A program made the position numbers and the translations under genes. From Pseudomonadota bacterium (GTDB lineage: Archaea > Thermoplasmatota > SW-10-69-26 > JACQPN01 > JAJPHT01), in the NCBI GenBank assembly GCA_021325135.1, contig JAJPHT010000020.1:99721-163720 (forward strand): 64,000 bases of DNA, in the 5' to 3' direction. The notes beneath the pieces were generated by a model. That model was not told the DNA's origin. It searched no databases and saw nothing but the letters and a program-made list of their open reading frames with translations. Shown piece by piece: positions 56,727 through 64,000 of this stretch. Positions within the stretch are counted from its first letter, which is position 1, and the number at the start of each line of letters is the position of its first letter.

Positions 56727-57917
56727 GTGCCCCTCGACGCGCGCCTGCGCTGGGTCGTCGCGGGCAGCTTCGTGAGCGTCGCCGCGCGCATGAGCACGGT
56801 CACGTTCCTGAGCATCTACTTCACCTACGTCGCGGGGATCGACGTCGCGCTCGTGGGCGTCGCGTTCCTGGTGGAGAACGTCGTGCGCGGCGTCGTCGCG
56901 CTCCCCATGGGCGCGCTCTCGGACCGCGTGGGCCGCCGGCCCGTCATCGTCGCGAGCCTCGCCGTGAGCGCCGCGATCCTGCCGCTCTTCCTCCTCGTGC
57001 GCACGCCCTCGGGGCTCCTCCTCTGGAGCGTCGCCATGGGGCTGGGCGGCAGCGGCGTCAACGCCGCGGTGAGCGCGCTCATCCTGGACCTCGTGCCGGT
57101 CCGCGAGCGGCAGCGCGCGCTGGCCATCAACTACACCGCCATCAGCGTCGGCTACACGCTGGGCGTCGCGCCCGCGGGCTTCCTCGCCGACGCGGGCTAC
57201 GGCTGGCTCGCCGCGGCCTCCTGCGCGGGCTATCTTGTCGTGCTCCTCGTCTACCTCGTCGCGCTGCGCGGGCCCCTCCCGCGCGAGGGCGGCGCGCGGC
57301 CGACCTCCGTCCTGCGCGGCGCTCTGCGCGCGCCCAGCGACCCCGCGTTCGTGGCGCTGGTCGCGACGTGCTTCGTCTTCCCCCTGGGCATCGGCCTCAC
57401 CGCCAACGCCTCGTCGCTCTACGGCGCGGACGCGGGCCTCTCCAAGGACGTCATCGGCCTCCTCCTCTCCACCAACGGCGTCGTGCTCGCGTTCCTCGCC
57501 ATCCCCGTCGCGACGCGCCTGGAGCCCGCGGGCCCCTTCCGCATGCTGGGCCTCTCCGCCGCGTTCCTCGCCGCGGCGTTCGTGGCCCTCGCCCTGGCGC
57601 CCCCCGCCGCGGGCCTGCTCCTGGGCACGACGGTCTTCACCTTCGGCGAGCTGATCTTCAGCAGCGCCGTCCCCACCGCCGTCGCGATGCTGGCGCCCCC
57701 CGGCGCGCGCGGCGCCTACCAGGGCGCGTGGGGCATGGTCTTCTCCGTCTCCGTGGGCGGCGCGCTCTTCCTCGCGGGCCTCCTCAAGGAGCGCATCGGC
57801 TGGCCGCGGGCCTGGCTCGCCTTCGCCGCGCTGGCCGCGCTGGAGGGCGCGCTCCTCCTCGCGACGCGGGCGCGCTTCCGCGCCATCGCCTCGGCGCGCG
57901 CCGACCTCTCCGCGTGA
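56727..57917 (+). CDS. MFS transporter
   Basis: GALSDRVGRR motif A; about 12 TM helices; RGAYQG. Confidence 0.9.
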   Translation: MPLDARLRWVVAGSFVSVAARMSTVTFLSIYFTYVAGIDVALVGVAFLVENVVRGVVALPMGALSDRVGRRPVIVASLAVSAAILPLFLLVRTPSGLLLWSVAMGLGGSGVNAAVSALILDLVPVRERQRALAINYTAISVGYTLGVAPAGFLADAGYGWLAAASCAGYLVVLLVYLVALRGPLPREGGARPTSVLRGALRAPSDPAFVALVATCFVFPLGIGLTANASSLYGADAGLSKDVIGLLLSTNGVVLAFLAIPVATRLEPAGPFRMLGLSAAFLAAAFVALALAPPAAGLLLGTTVFTFGELIFSSAVPTAVAMLAPPGARGAYQGAWGMVFSVSVGGALFLAGLLKERIGWPRAWLAFAALAALEGALLLATRARFRAIASARADLSA

Positions 57918-57961
57918 GCGCCTCCGAAAGCCCCATGCGAGACAGGACCGATGCGCGCCGC

Positions 57962-58417
57962 GTGCCCGCGCACTGGCTCATGAAGAGCGAGCCCGACGTC
58001 TACAGCATCGACGACCTCAAGCGCGACAAGCGGACCTTCTGGGACGGCGTGCGCAACTACGCCGCCCGCAACCACATGCGCGCGATGAAGGTGGGCGACC
58101 TCGCATTCTTCTACCACAGCAACGCCGAGCCCTCGGGCGTCGCGGGCGTCTGCCGCATCGCGGAGCCCGCCAAGCCCGACCCCACGCAGTTCGACCCCAA
58201 GGACGACCACTTCGACCCCAAGAGCCCCAAGGACGACCCCCGATGGTGGGCCGTGACGGTGGAGCACAAGGAGACGTTCCCGCGCGTCGTGGGGCTCGCC
58301 GAGATCAAGGCCACGCCCGCGCTGCGCAGCATGGCGCTCCTCAAGCAGGGGCGCCTCTCCGTCACGCCCGTCGCCGCCGCGGAGTGGAAGGCCATCGTGG
58401 CGCTGTCGCGCACGTAG
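57962..58417 (+). CDS. EVE domain protein
   Basis: WLMKSEP, WDGVRNYAARN, FFYHS, RLSVTPV. Confidence 0.93.
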   Translation: MPAHWLMKSEPDVYSIDDLKRDKRTFWDGVRNYAARNHMRAMKVGDLAFFYHSNAEPSGVAGVCRIAEPAKPDPTQFDPKDDHFDPKSPKDDPRWWAVTVEHKETFPRVVGLAEIKATPALRSMALLKQGRLSVTPVAAAEWKAIVALSRT

Positions 58418-58419
58418 CA

Positions 58420-58533
58420 GGGGGGTTCGGGGGGCGAAGCCCCCTGACGTGATATCCGTTCCAGCCGACGACCGAAACGTCAGGGGGCTGCGCCCCCCGA
58501 ACCCCCCGCTTTTGGCCGCGCTGCGGCGCGGCC
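58420..58533. repeat. REP/REPIN-like element (family A): inverted 31-bp units plus an accessory hairpin
   Basis: 58420-58450 and 58477-58507 are reverse complements at 30/31 positions; then GGCCGCGC-TGCG-GCGCGGCC. Confidence 0.85.
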
Positions 58534-58562
58534 GCGTTGAAACTGATTCCATATGAGCCACC

Positions 58563-58655
58563 TGTCCGCCCGAGAACGGACGGACAAACACCCTCGCGCG
58601 GACGCGACGCGCGACGGCGCGCGCGGGCGCGTGTCCGCCCATGCGCGGACGGACA
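58563..58655. promoter_or_regulatory. Twin palindromic operators upstream of the subtilase-kinase operon
   Basis: TGTCCGCCC-N6-GGACGGACA at 58563-58586 and 58632-58655; TTTAT box at 58723-58727. Confidence 0.65.
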
Positions 58656-58753
58656 AGCCCCGAGGAAAACTTGCGAAAACGTTCGCGGATGTTACTACGC
58701 GAATTGGGGAATGCCCGCGGGCTTTATGGCAACGTGGCGTGAGCGAGGGGGCC

Positions 58754-60130
58754 ATGGCCCGCTTGGCCTTCGCTGCTCTCACAACGCTTGCCATCGTCCT
58801 TGCTCTTGCTCCCGCCAGCGCGCTGCAGACGCCCGCGTCCCCCAACGGGGCGGACTACGTCGTCGGGTTCCACCACGCGCCTGCCGCGCGATGGGCCGTC
58901 GCGCACGGGCTCGCCGAGGTGCGATCGATCCACGGGGCGGTGCCCGCGCTGGTCGTCCACGCCTCGGCCCTCGCTCCGCTCCTCGCGGCGAAGCTCGATC
59001 CCAACGTCGCGTTCATCGAGCCCAACCAGCGCCTCCACGCGGACGGCACGGGGTGGGATGGAACGGGTTGGGACGGCACCGGCTGGGATGGCACCGGGTG
59101 GGACGGGACCGGCTGGGATGGAACCGGCTGGGATGGAACGGGCTGGGATGGCACCGGGTGGGACGGGACCGGCTGGGACGGCACGGGGTGGGACGGGACG
59201 GGTTGGGACGGCACGGGCTGGGATGGAACGGGGTGGGACGCCACCGGGTGGGACGCGCCCGCGCCCGACCCCGGCTACAGCCAGCAGTGGGGCCTCGCCG
59301 CCATCCACGCCCCCGAGGCGTGGAACGTCACGCACGGCCTGCGCGCCGTCACGGTGTGCGTGCTGGACACGGGCCTCGACACGTCGCACCCCGACCTCGT
59401 GGCCAGCCTGTGGACCAATGCCTCCGACGGCAGCCACGGCTTCAACGCCATGACCGGCACGCACAACGTGAGCGACGAGGTGGGCCACGGCACGTTCGTC
59501 GCGGGCATCCTCGGCGCGGCCGGCGGCAACGCCGTGGGCATCATCGGCGTCGCGCAGGAGAAGATCCTCCCCGTGAAGGTCATGGACGCCAACGGCGGCA
59601 CCGAGGCGGACCTCGCCACCGGCATCCAGACGTGCCTCGACAACGGCGCGCGCGTCCTCTCCATGAGCCTGCACGCGACGGAGCCCAGCGCGCTGCTCAA
59701 CGCGTCGCTGGCCTCCGCGCTCTCGGCGGGCGCGGTCGTCGTCGCGGCGGCGGGCAACGAAGGCACCAGCCAGGTGGACTACCCCGCGTCCTACCCCGGC
59801 GTCATCGCGGTGGGTGCGGCGACCCCCTCGGCGGAGCTTGCTCCCTTCTCCAACCACGGCAGCCGCCTCGACCTCGTGGCGCCCGGCGTGAACATCACGT
59901 CCACGGTGCCCGGCGCCATGTACGCCAGGACCGGCGGCACCAGCGCCGCGGCGCCCTTCGTGAGCGGCACGGCAGCCCTGATGCTGGACCTCAACCCGGC
60001 CCTCACGGGCGCGCAGGTCGCCTCCATCCTCAAGGCGACGGCGCGCGACCTTGGGACGGCCGGGCGCGACGACACGTTCGGCTATGGCGGTTTGGACACA
60101 AACGCGAGCTTGATGGGCGCCCAGCCTTGA
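58754..60130 (+). CDS. Secreted S8 (subtilisin-like) peptidase with a DGTGW repeat linker
   Basis: Signal peptide, I9-like prodomain; VLDTG, GHGTFVAG, AAGNEG, GTSAAAPFVSG. Confidence 0.92.
   Translation: MARLAFAALTTLAIVLALAPASALQTPASPNGADYVVGFHHAPAARWAVAHGLAEVRSIHGAVPALVVHASALAPLLAAKLDPNVAFIEPNQRLHADGTGWDGTGWDGTGWDGTGWDGTGWDGTGWDGTGWDGTGWDGTGWDGTGWDGTGWDGTGWDGTGWDATGWDAPAPDPGYSQQWGLAAIHAPEAWNVTHGLRAVTVCVLDTGLDTSHPDLVASLWTNASDGSHGFNAMTGTHNVSDEVGHGTFVAGILGAAGGNAVGIIGVAQEKILPVKVMDANGGTEADLATGIQTCLDNGARVLSMSLHATEPSALLNASLASALSAGAVVVAAAGNEGTSQVDYPASYPGVIAVGAATPSAELAPFSNHGSRLDLVAPGVNITSTVPGAMYARTGGTSAAAPFVSGTAALMLDLNPALTGAQVASILKATARDLGTAGRDDTFGYGGLDTNASLMGAQP
59042..59251 (+). repeat. 14 x 15-bp coding tandem repeat (13 DGTGW plus 1 DATGW)
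   Basis: GAY GGN ACS GGN TGG units with synonymous variation. Confidence 0.97.
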
Positions 60131-60139
60131 TGTGATCCG

Positions 60140-61897
60140 GTGCTGGCCGGAAGGACGAAGGCGATCATCGGCGCCGTGACGGCGCTCGCCGTGGTCGCGA
60201 CGGTCTCGACGTGGATCGCCGAGCCGCCGCGGCCCACCCCCGCCACCCTGGGCGTCTTCGTCCTCCTTTTCCTGTTCTTCCTCGCCGCGGAGCGCATCAG
60301 CGTGCCGCTCTCGTGGCGGGGCCAGCGCATCACCGCCTCGTTCACCGAGCCCGTCGTCCTCGCGACCCTCTTCTGGCTGCCCGGCACGACGCTCGTCCTC
60401 GCGGCGGCCCTCGCGCGCCTCGCCAGCGCCGCCATCGAGCGCAGGCCGTCCCACAAGACGCTCTTCAACGCCTCGCAGATCGCGCTGGCCATGAGCGCGG
60501 GCCTCCTGGTCTTCCAGGTCGCGCCCGTCGCGCGCATCGCCGCGGCCGCGCTGGGCACCATCGCGTTCACCGTCGTCGTGGACTCCGCCACCGTCCTCGT
60601 CGTGGGCTCCGTGGAGCACGCGTCGTGGCGGCGCGCGCTGCGCGAGCGCTTCCTGCGCGTGGCGTTCATCGAGATGGTCTTCGGCCTGAGCGTCGGCCTC
60701 GCCATCGTCGGCCTGGGCACCGTGCATCCGCTGGCGCCGCTGGTGCTGGCGCCGCTCCTCTGGATCATGCTGCGGCACGCGCGCCTCCAGGCGAAGCTCC
60801 TGCGCGAGAGCGACCTGCATCGCCGCCTCGCGCGCGAGCAGCGCCGCCTCATCGGCATCCAGGACGACCAGCTCATCGCGGAGGGCATCCTGGAGGCGTG
60901 CCACGACATCCTCCAGGTGGGCCGCGCGCGCCTCACGCTGGCGGGCGACCAGTGGACGCGCACGTGGGACCCCGTGCCCGAGGACGCGCCCCCCGAGATG
61001 GGCGTCGCGCTCATGGGCGTCAGCGGCCTCGCCGAGGGGCGCCTGGAGATCTGGCGCCGCCCCGGCAAGCCGCGCTTCGAGAAGGAGGAGGAGGGCCTGC
61101 TGCTGCAATTGGCGGCGCAGACCGAGACGGCGCTGGCCAACGCGAAGACGCTGCGCGAGGCCAACGCCCAGCGCGCGCTCCTCGCGCGGCAGGAGCGCCT
61201 CAGCACGCTGGGCCAGCTCGTGGCGGGCGTCGCGCACGAGGTGAACAACCCGCTCACCTACCTCCGCGGCAACCTGGAGCTGGCGCTCCTGGACATGGAG
61301 GACCTGCGCGCCCGCGCCGCCTCGCCGCCGGACGCTGCGCAGTCGGCCGAGATGGAGCGCCAGATCACCGTCGCGCTCCAGGGCGCCAACCGCATCGGCG
61401 AGATCGTGAAGTCGCTGCGCGCCGTCGCGAGGCAGCGCCCCTCCACCGAGCGCGAGCAGGTGCACCTCAACAAGCTCGTGGAGGACATCGCGACGGTCCT
61501 CAGCGCAGGCCTGCCCGACAACGTGCAGCTCACGGTGGTCCCCGACCCCAAGGACCCGTGGATGCTCGTCCACCCCACGGACCTGCACCAGGTCCTCCTC
61601 AACCTCGCGAAGAACGGCCTGGAGGCCATGGTGGAGATGCCGGAAGGCGAGCTGACGCTGCGCGTGCGCGACGAAGGCGCCTGGTGCTCCATCGAGGTCG
61701 AGGACACGGGCCCCGGCATCCCGCCAGAGGTGCAGGACAAGCTCTTCACGCCCTTCTTCACCACCAAGGGCACGGCAGGCACGGGGCTGGGGCTCGCCAT
61801 CGTGCATGGCATCCTCAAGGACGTCGGCGGGTCGATCCGCTTCGAGACGTCGCCCAAGGGGACGAAGTTCGTGGTGGCGCTACCCAGGACGAGATAG
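60140..61897 (+). CDS. Membrane sensor histidine kinase (NtrB-like core, multi-TM input, GAF-like linker)
   Basis: About 7 TM helices; VAHEVNNPL, QVLLNLAKNG, DTGPG, FTPFFTTK, GTGLGL; 9 nt after the peptidase stop. Confidence 0.93.
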   Translation: MLAGRTKAIIGAVTALAVVATVSTWIAEPPRPTPATLGVFVLLFLFFLAAERISVPLSWRGQRITASFTEPVVLATLFWLPGTTLVLAAALARLASAAIERRPSHKTLFNASQIALAMSAGLLVFQVAPVARIAAAALGTIAFTVVVDSATVLVVGSVEHASWRRALRERFLRVAFIEMVFGLSVGLAIVGLGTVHPLAPLVLAPLLWIMLRHARLQAKLLRESDLHRRLAREQRRLIGIQDDQLIAEGILEACHDILQVGRARLTLAGDQWTRTWDPVPEDAPPEMGVALMGVSGLAEGRLEIWRRPGKPRFEKEEEGLLLQLAAQTETALANAKTLREANAQRALLARQERLSTLGQLVAGVAHEVNNPLTYLRGNLELALLDMEDLRARAASPPDAAQSAEMERQITVALQGANRIGEIVKSLRAVARQRPSTEREQVHLNKLVEDIATVLSAGLPDNVQLTVVPDPKDPWMLVHPTDLHQVLLNLAKNGLEAMVEMPEGELTLRVRDEGAWCSIEVEDTGPGIPPEVQDKLFTPFFTTKGTAGTGLGLAIVHGILKDVGGSIRFETSPKGTKFVVALPRTR

Positions 61898-61922
61898 GGG
61901 AGAAGTCATCGCCGCGTCGTTC

Positions 61923-62102
61923 GGCGGCGCCGCAGCGCCGCGACCCGCGGGGGGTTCGGGGGACGAAGCCCCCTGACGTCTTGATCGTCTGCTCGGCGTG
62001 ATATCACGTCAGGGGGCTTCGCCCCCTGAAACCCCCTCGGGTAGCCGCGCTGCGGCGCGGCCGGACGATTTGCTTCGGGGGGCTGCGCCCCCCGAACCCC
62101 CC
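61923..62102. repeat. REP/REPIN-like element cluster (family A)
   Basis: Inverted units 61949-61979 and 62006-62036, GCCGCGCTGCGGCGCGGC hairpin, third unit 62074-62102. Confidence 0.85.
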
Positions 62103-62157
62103 GCATTTGGGAATCTTCCACCGAAGTATCGTATCCCCCTCCCGCGTTGGGAGCGGC

Positions 62158-62490
62158 ATGAGGCTGTTCATGACGATGCTCCTCGTGGGCGCGGCGATGC
62201 CGCTGCTTGCGCCGGAGGCGACCGCGCACGACTGCAACGGGTGGAATTGCGGGCCCTGCGAATATGGCGAGTACCACAACCACAACGACGGCCGCGGCCA
62301 GTGCAGCAGCGGGCCGGGGTGGTACGCCGAGAACGGGTGGAACGGCCAGAGCGCGCAGTGGGGCCATTCCTCCGCCAGCAACGGGTGGGGCGGGCAGCGC
62401 TACAGCCCCGGGGCCGCGACGGCGGGGACGATCCTCGCGCTGGCCGGGGCCGCGGCCGGCGTGGTCCTTCTCCGCGGACGCTCGTCGTGA
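62158..62490 (+). CDS. Small secreted Gly/Trp/Asn-rich protein with a PGF-CTERM-like anchor
   Basis: Signal peptide; NGW repeats, 4 Cys; SPG + hydrophobic helix + RGR. Confidence 0.65.
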   Translation: MRLFMTMLLVGAAMPLLAPEATAHDCNGWNCGPCEYGEYHNHNDGRGQCSSGPGWYAENGWNGQSAQWGHSSASNGWGGQRYSPGAATAGTILALAGAAAGVVLLRGRSS

Positions 62491-62802
62491 GCGGCCCTCG
62501 GGGTCTGGCGGCGCTCGCTTGGCCCGCGCGGAGGCTCCGGACCGGGGCGCGGGCCACCCTGGCGGGACGCGGTTGAGCGCTCTCCTTTCAACGTCCGGAC
62601 CAATGAGGATGAGGCGGGGCGGCGGCCGATTTTGGCTCCGGAGCCCCGGCTCTCTTCTTCCCATGCGCCTTCTCCTGCCCCTTGCTCGCGTGGCTGGGAG
62701 TTGCCGGCCCCTTCCTCGCTGACGCTACGACGCGACGGGCGAGAAAAAACGCGAGTCTCTTCACGTCGTCGCGCCGTGGCGTCGTCGCGCCCGTGGTGAG
62801 AC

Positions 62803-62830
62803 AGGGGGTTTGGGGGACGGAGTCCCCCAA
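62803..62830. repeat. Degenerate family-A hairpin downstream of the desaturase
   Basis: GGGGGTTTGGGGGAC-GGA-GTCCCCCAA. Confidence 0.55.
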
Positions 62831-62847
62831 CGGAAAAGAGCGGAGCC

Positions 62848-63807
62848 CTACTTCCGGGCGAGGCCCAGCGTGGCGGCGGGGGCTCCGAGGCCGGAGGAGG
62901 GCTTGCGCACGCGGCGCGCCTCCATGTCCTCGGCCTTGGGCATCCAGACGTTCTTGACGAGGCCGAGGCGCTTCATGGCGCGGATCACGTAGGCGTTGAG
63001 GTCGATCTGCCACCAGCGCATGCCGTGGTAGGCGGCCTTGGGGAAGGCGTGGTGGTTGTTGTGCCAGCCCTCGCCCAGGCCCAGGATGCCGACGACCCAC
63101 TCGTTGCGGCTCTCGTCGTTGGACTCGAAGTCGCGGCGGCCGAAGGTGTGGCACACGCTGTTGACGCTCCACGTGACGTGGTGGCCCAGCGCGACGCGCA
63201 CGAGGCCGCCCCAGAGGACGCCGGTCCAGAAGGCGAGCCACGAGTGGCCGATGGCGAGGCCCAGGACGCCGGGGAGGACGAAGCCCAGGATGGCGTAGAT
63301 CCAGAACTGGCGGTCGATGGCATGGGCGACCTTGTCGTTCTCGAAGGGCTTGGCCCAGACGCCGCTCTTGATGAGGCGGTCGCGGAAGAGCCAGCCGACG
63401 TGGGCGTGCCAGAAGCCCTCCAGCGGGCTGTGGGGGTCGCCCTCCTTGTCGGACTTGGCGTGGTGCTTGACGTGGGTCGCGGCCCACTCCACCGCCGGGC
63501 CCTGGAGCGCCATGGTGCCCATGGCCAGGAAGACGTAGCGCACCCAGGGGACCGCGTCGAAGCTGCGGTGGGTGAGCATGCGGTGGTAGCCGACGCCGAT
63601 GCCCATGGCCGTGATGACGTACATGACGCCGAAGATGGCCAGGTCCAGCGGGGTGACCCAGCGGTTCCAGAGGAAGACCACGGCGGCCGCCGTGGCGGCC
63701 AGCGGCAGGATCACGACGAGCAGGAGGACGCTCTTCTCCAGCCAGGATGCCTGGTGGGCGTCAAGGGCGGGGGTGCGGGGCAGTCGGGTGCGGACCATTC
63801 CCATCAT
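62848..63807 (-). CDS. Delta-9-type acyl-CoA/acyl-lipid fatty acid desaturase
   Basis: His boxes HRMLTH, HVKHH, HNNHH; SDKEGDPHSP; TWSVNSVCH; TTAAAT promoter near 63829-63834. Confidence 0.93.
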   Translation of the reverse strand: MMGMVRTRLPRTPALDAHQASWLEKSVLLLVVILPLAATAAAVVFLWNRWVTPLDLAIFGVMYVITAMGIGVGYHRMLTHRSFDAVPWVRYVFLAMGTMALQGPAVEWAATHVKHHAKSDKEGDPHSPLEGFWHAHVGWLFRDRLIKSGVWAKPFENDKVAHAIDRQFWIYAILGFVLPGVLGLAIGHSWLAFWTGVLWGGLVRVALGHHVTWSVNSVCHTFGRRDFESNDESRNEWVVGILGLGEGWHNNHHAFPKAAYHGMRWWQIDLNAYVIRAMKRLGLVKNVWMPKAEDMEARRVRKPSSGLGAPAATLGLARK

Positions 63808-63932
63808 CTCAACGACCCGGCGGCGCCATTTAAGGCGCGCCGGTGGGGTTCATACCGAGGGAGCCTCGGCGCAGGCTTGCACGAAGGTCGTGCGATCGTG
63901 CGCACGATCTGAAGGGCCCGTTTGACGCTCCC

Positions 63933-64000
63933 TTAGCCCTCGGGGGAGAGGGAGGCGTGCAGCGCGACGCCGGAGAGGTACTTCACCTGCCAGACGCCAC
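63933..64000 (-). CDS. 3' end of a gene entering from beyond the window
   Basis: Open GC3-biased frame GVWQVKYLSGVALHASLSPEG-stop. Confidence 0.4.
   Translation of the reverse strand, partial: GVWQVKYLSGVALHASLSPEG

Noticed and set aside
59042-59251. 15-bp tandem repeat as a CRISPR array, or the antisense (VPSQP)n ORF at 58855-59244
   Set aside because: No spacers and no cas genes; variation is synonymous in the DGTGW frame of the peptidase
62491-62800. Short ORFs or a gene remnant between the anchored protein and the desaturase
   Set aside because: Only brief hydrophobic fragments in different frames; not supportable
38-63925. Numerous long Arg/Ala/Pro/Gly-rich overlapping ORFs in the track (e.g. 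44776-48705, 11899-14829, 58724-61807)
   Set aside because: Shadow frames expected at this GC content; they overlap motif-bearing genes and have no domain signatures

Overview
Very GC-rich archaeal chromosomal segment, most consistent with a Thermoplasmatota lineage (inference). Supporting evidence: archaeal-type IleRS and LeuRS, Trm1, a THEP1-type NTPase, TrmB, archaetidylserine synthase/decarboxylase, an A1-U72 tRNA-Gln, and TATA boxes about 25-30 nt upstream of near-leaderless starts. Housekeeping genes (ileS, pdxS, pdxT, leuS, hbd, psd/pssA, P5C-type ALDH, trm1, UbiD, two tRNAs) are interleaved with many orphan secreted or Cys-rich proteins and O2-dependent enzymes. No transposase, integrase, rRNA or CRISPR array was seen. 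Most notable loci: (1) a graspetide-like RiPP pair, a 35-aa precursor missed by the ORF track that is coupled to an MvdC/D-like ATP-grasp ligase (49.7-50.7 kb); (2) a secreted subtilase with 14 tandem DGTGW pentapeptides, preceded by twin palindromic operators and followed by a membrane histidine kinase (58.6-61.9 kb); (3) a copper operon with a small laccase split over two separately secreted genes, plus a convergent PmoC/AmoC-motif membrane protein (22.9-27.6 kb); (4) a perfect 78-bp palindrome with helically phased repeats beside two tandem RHH paralogues (34.2-34.9 kb); (5) several REP-like hairpin families and apparent CTG start codons. All annotations come from motif recognition by eye; no database search was run.
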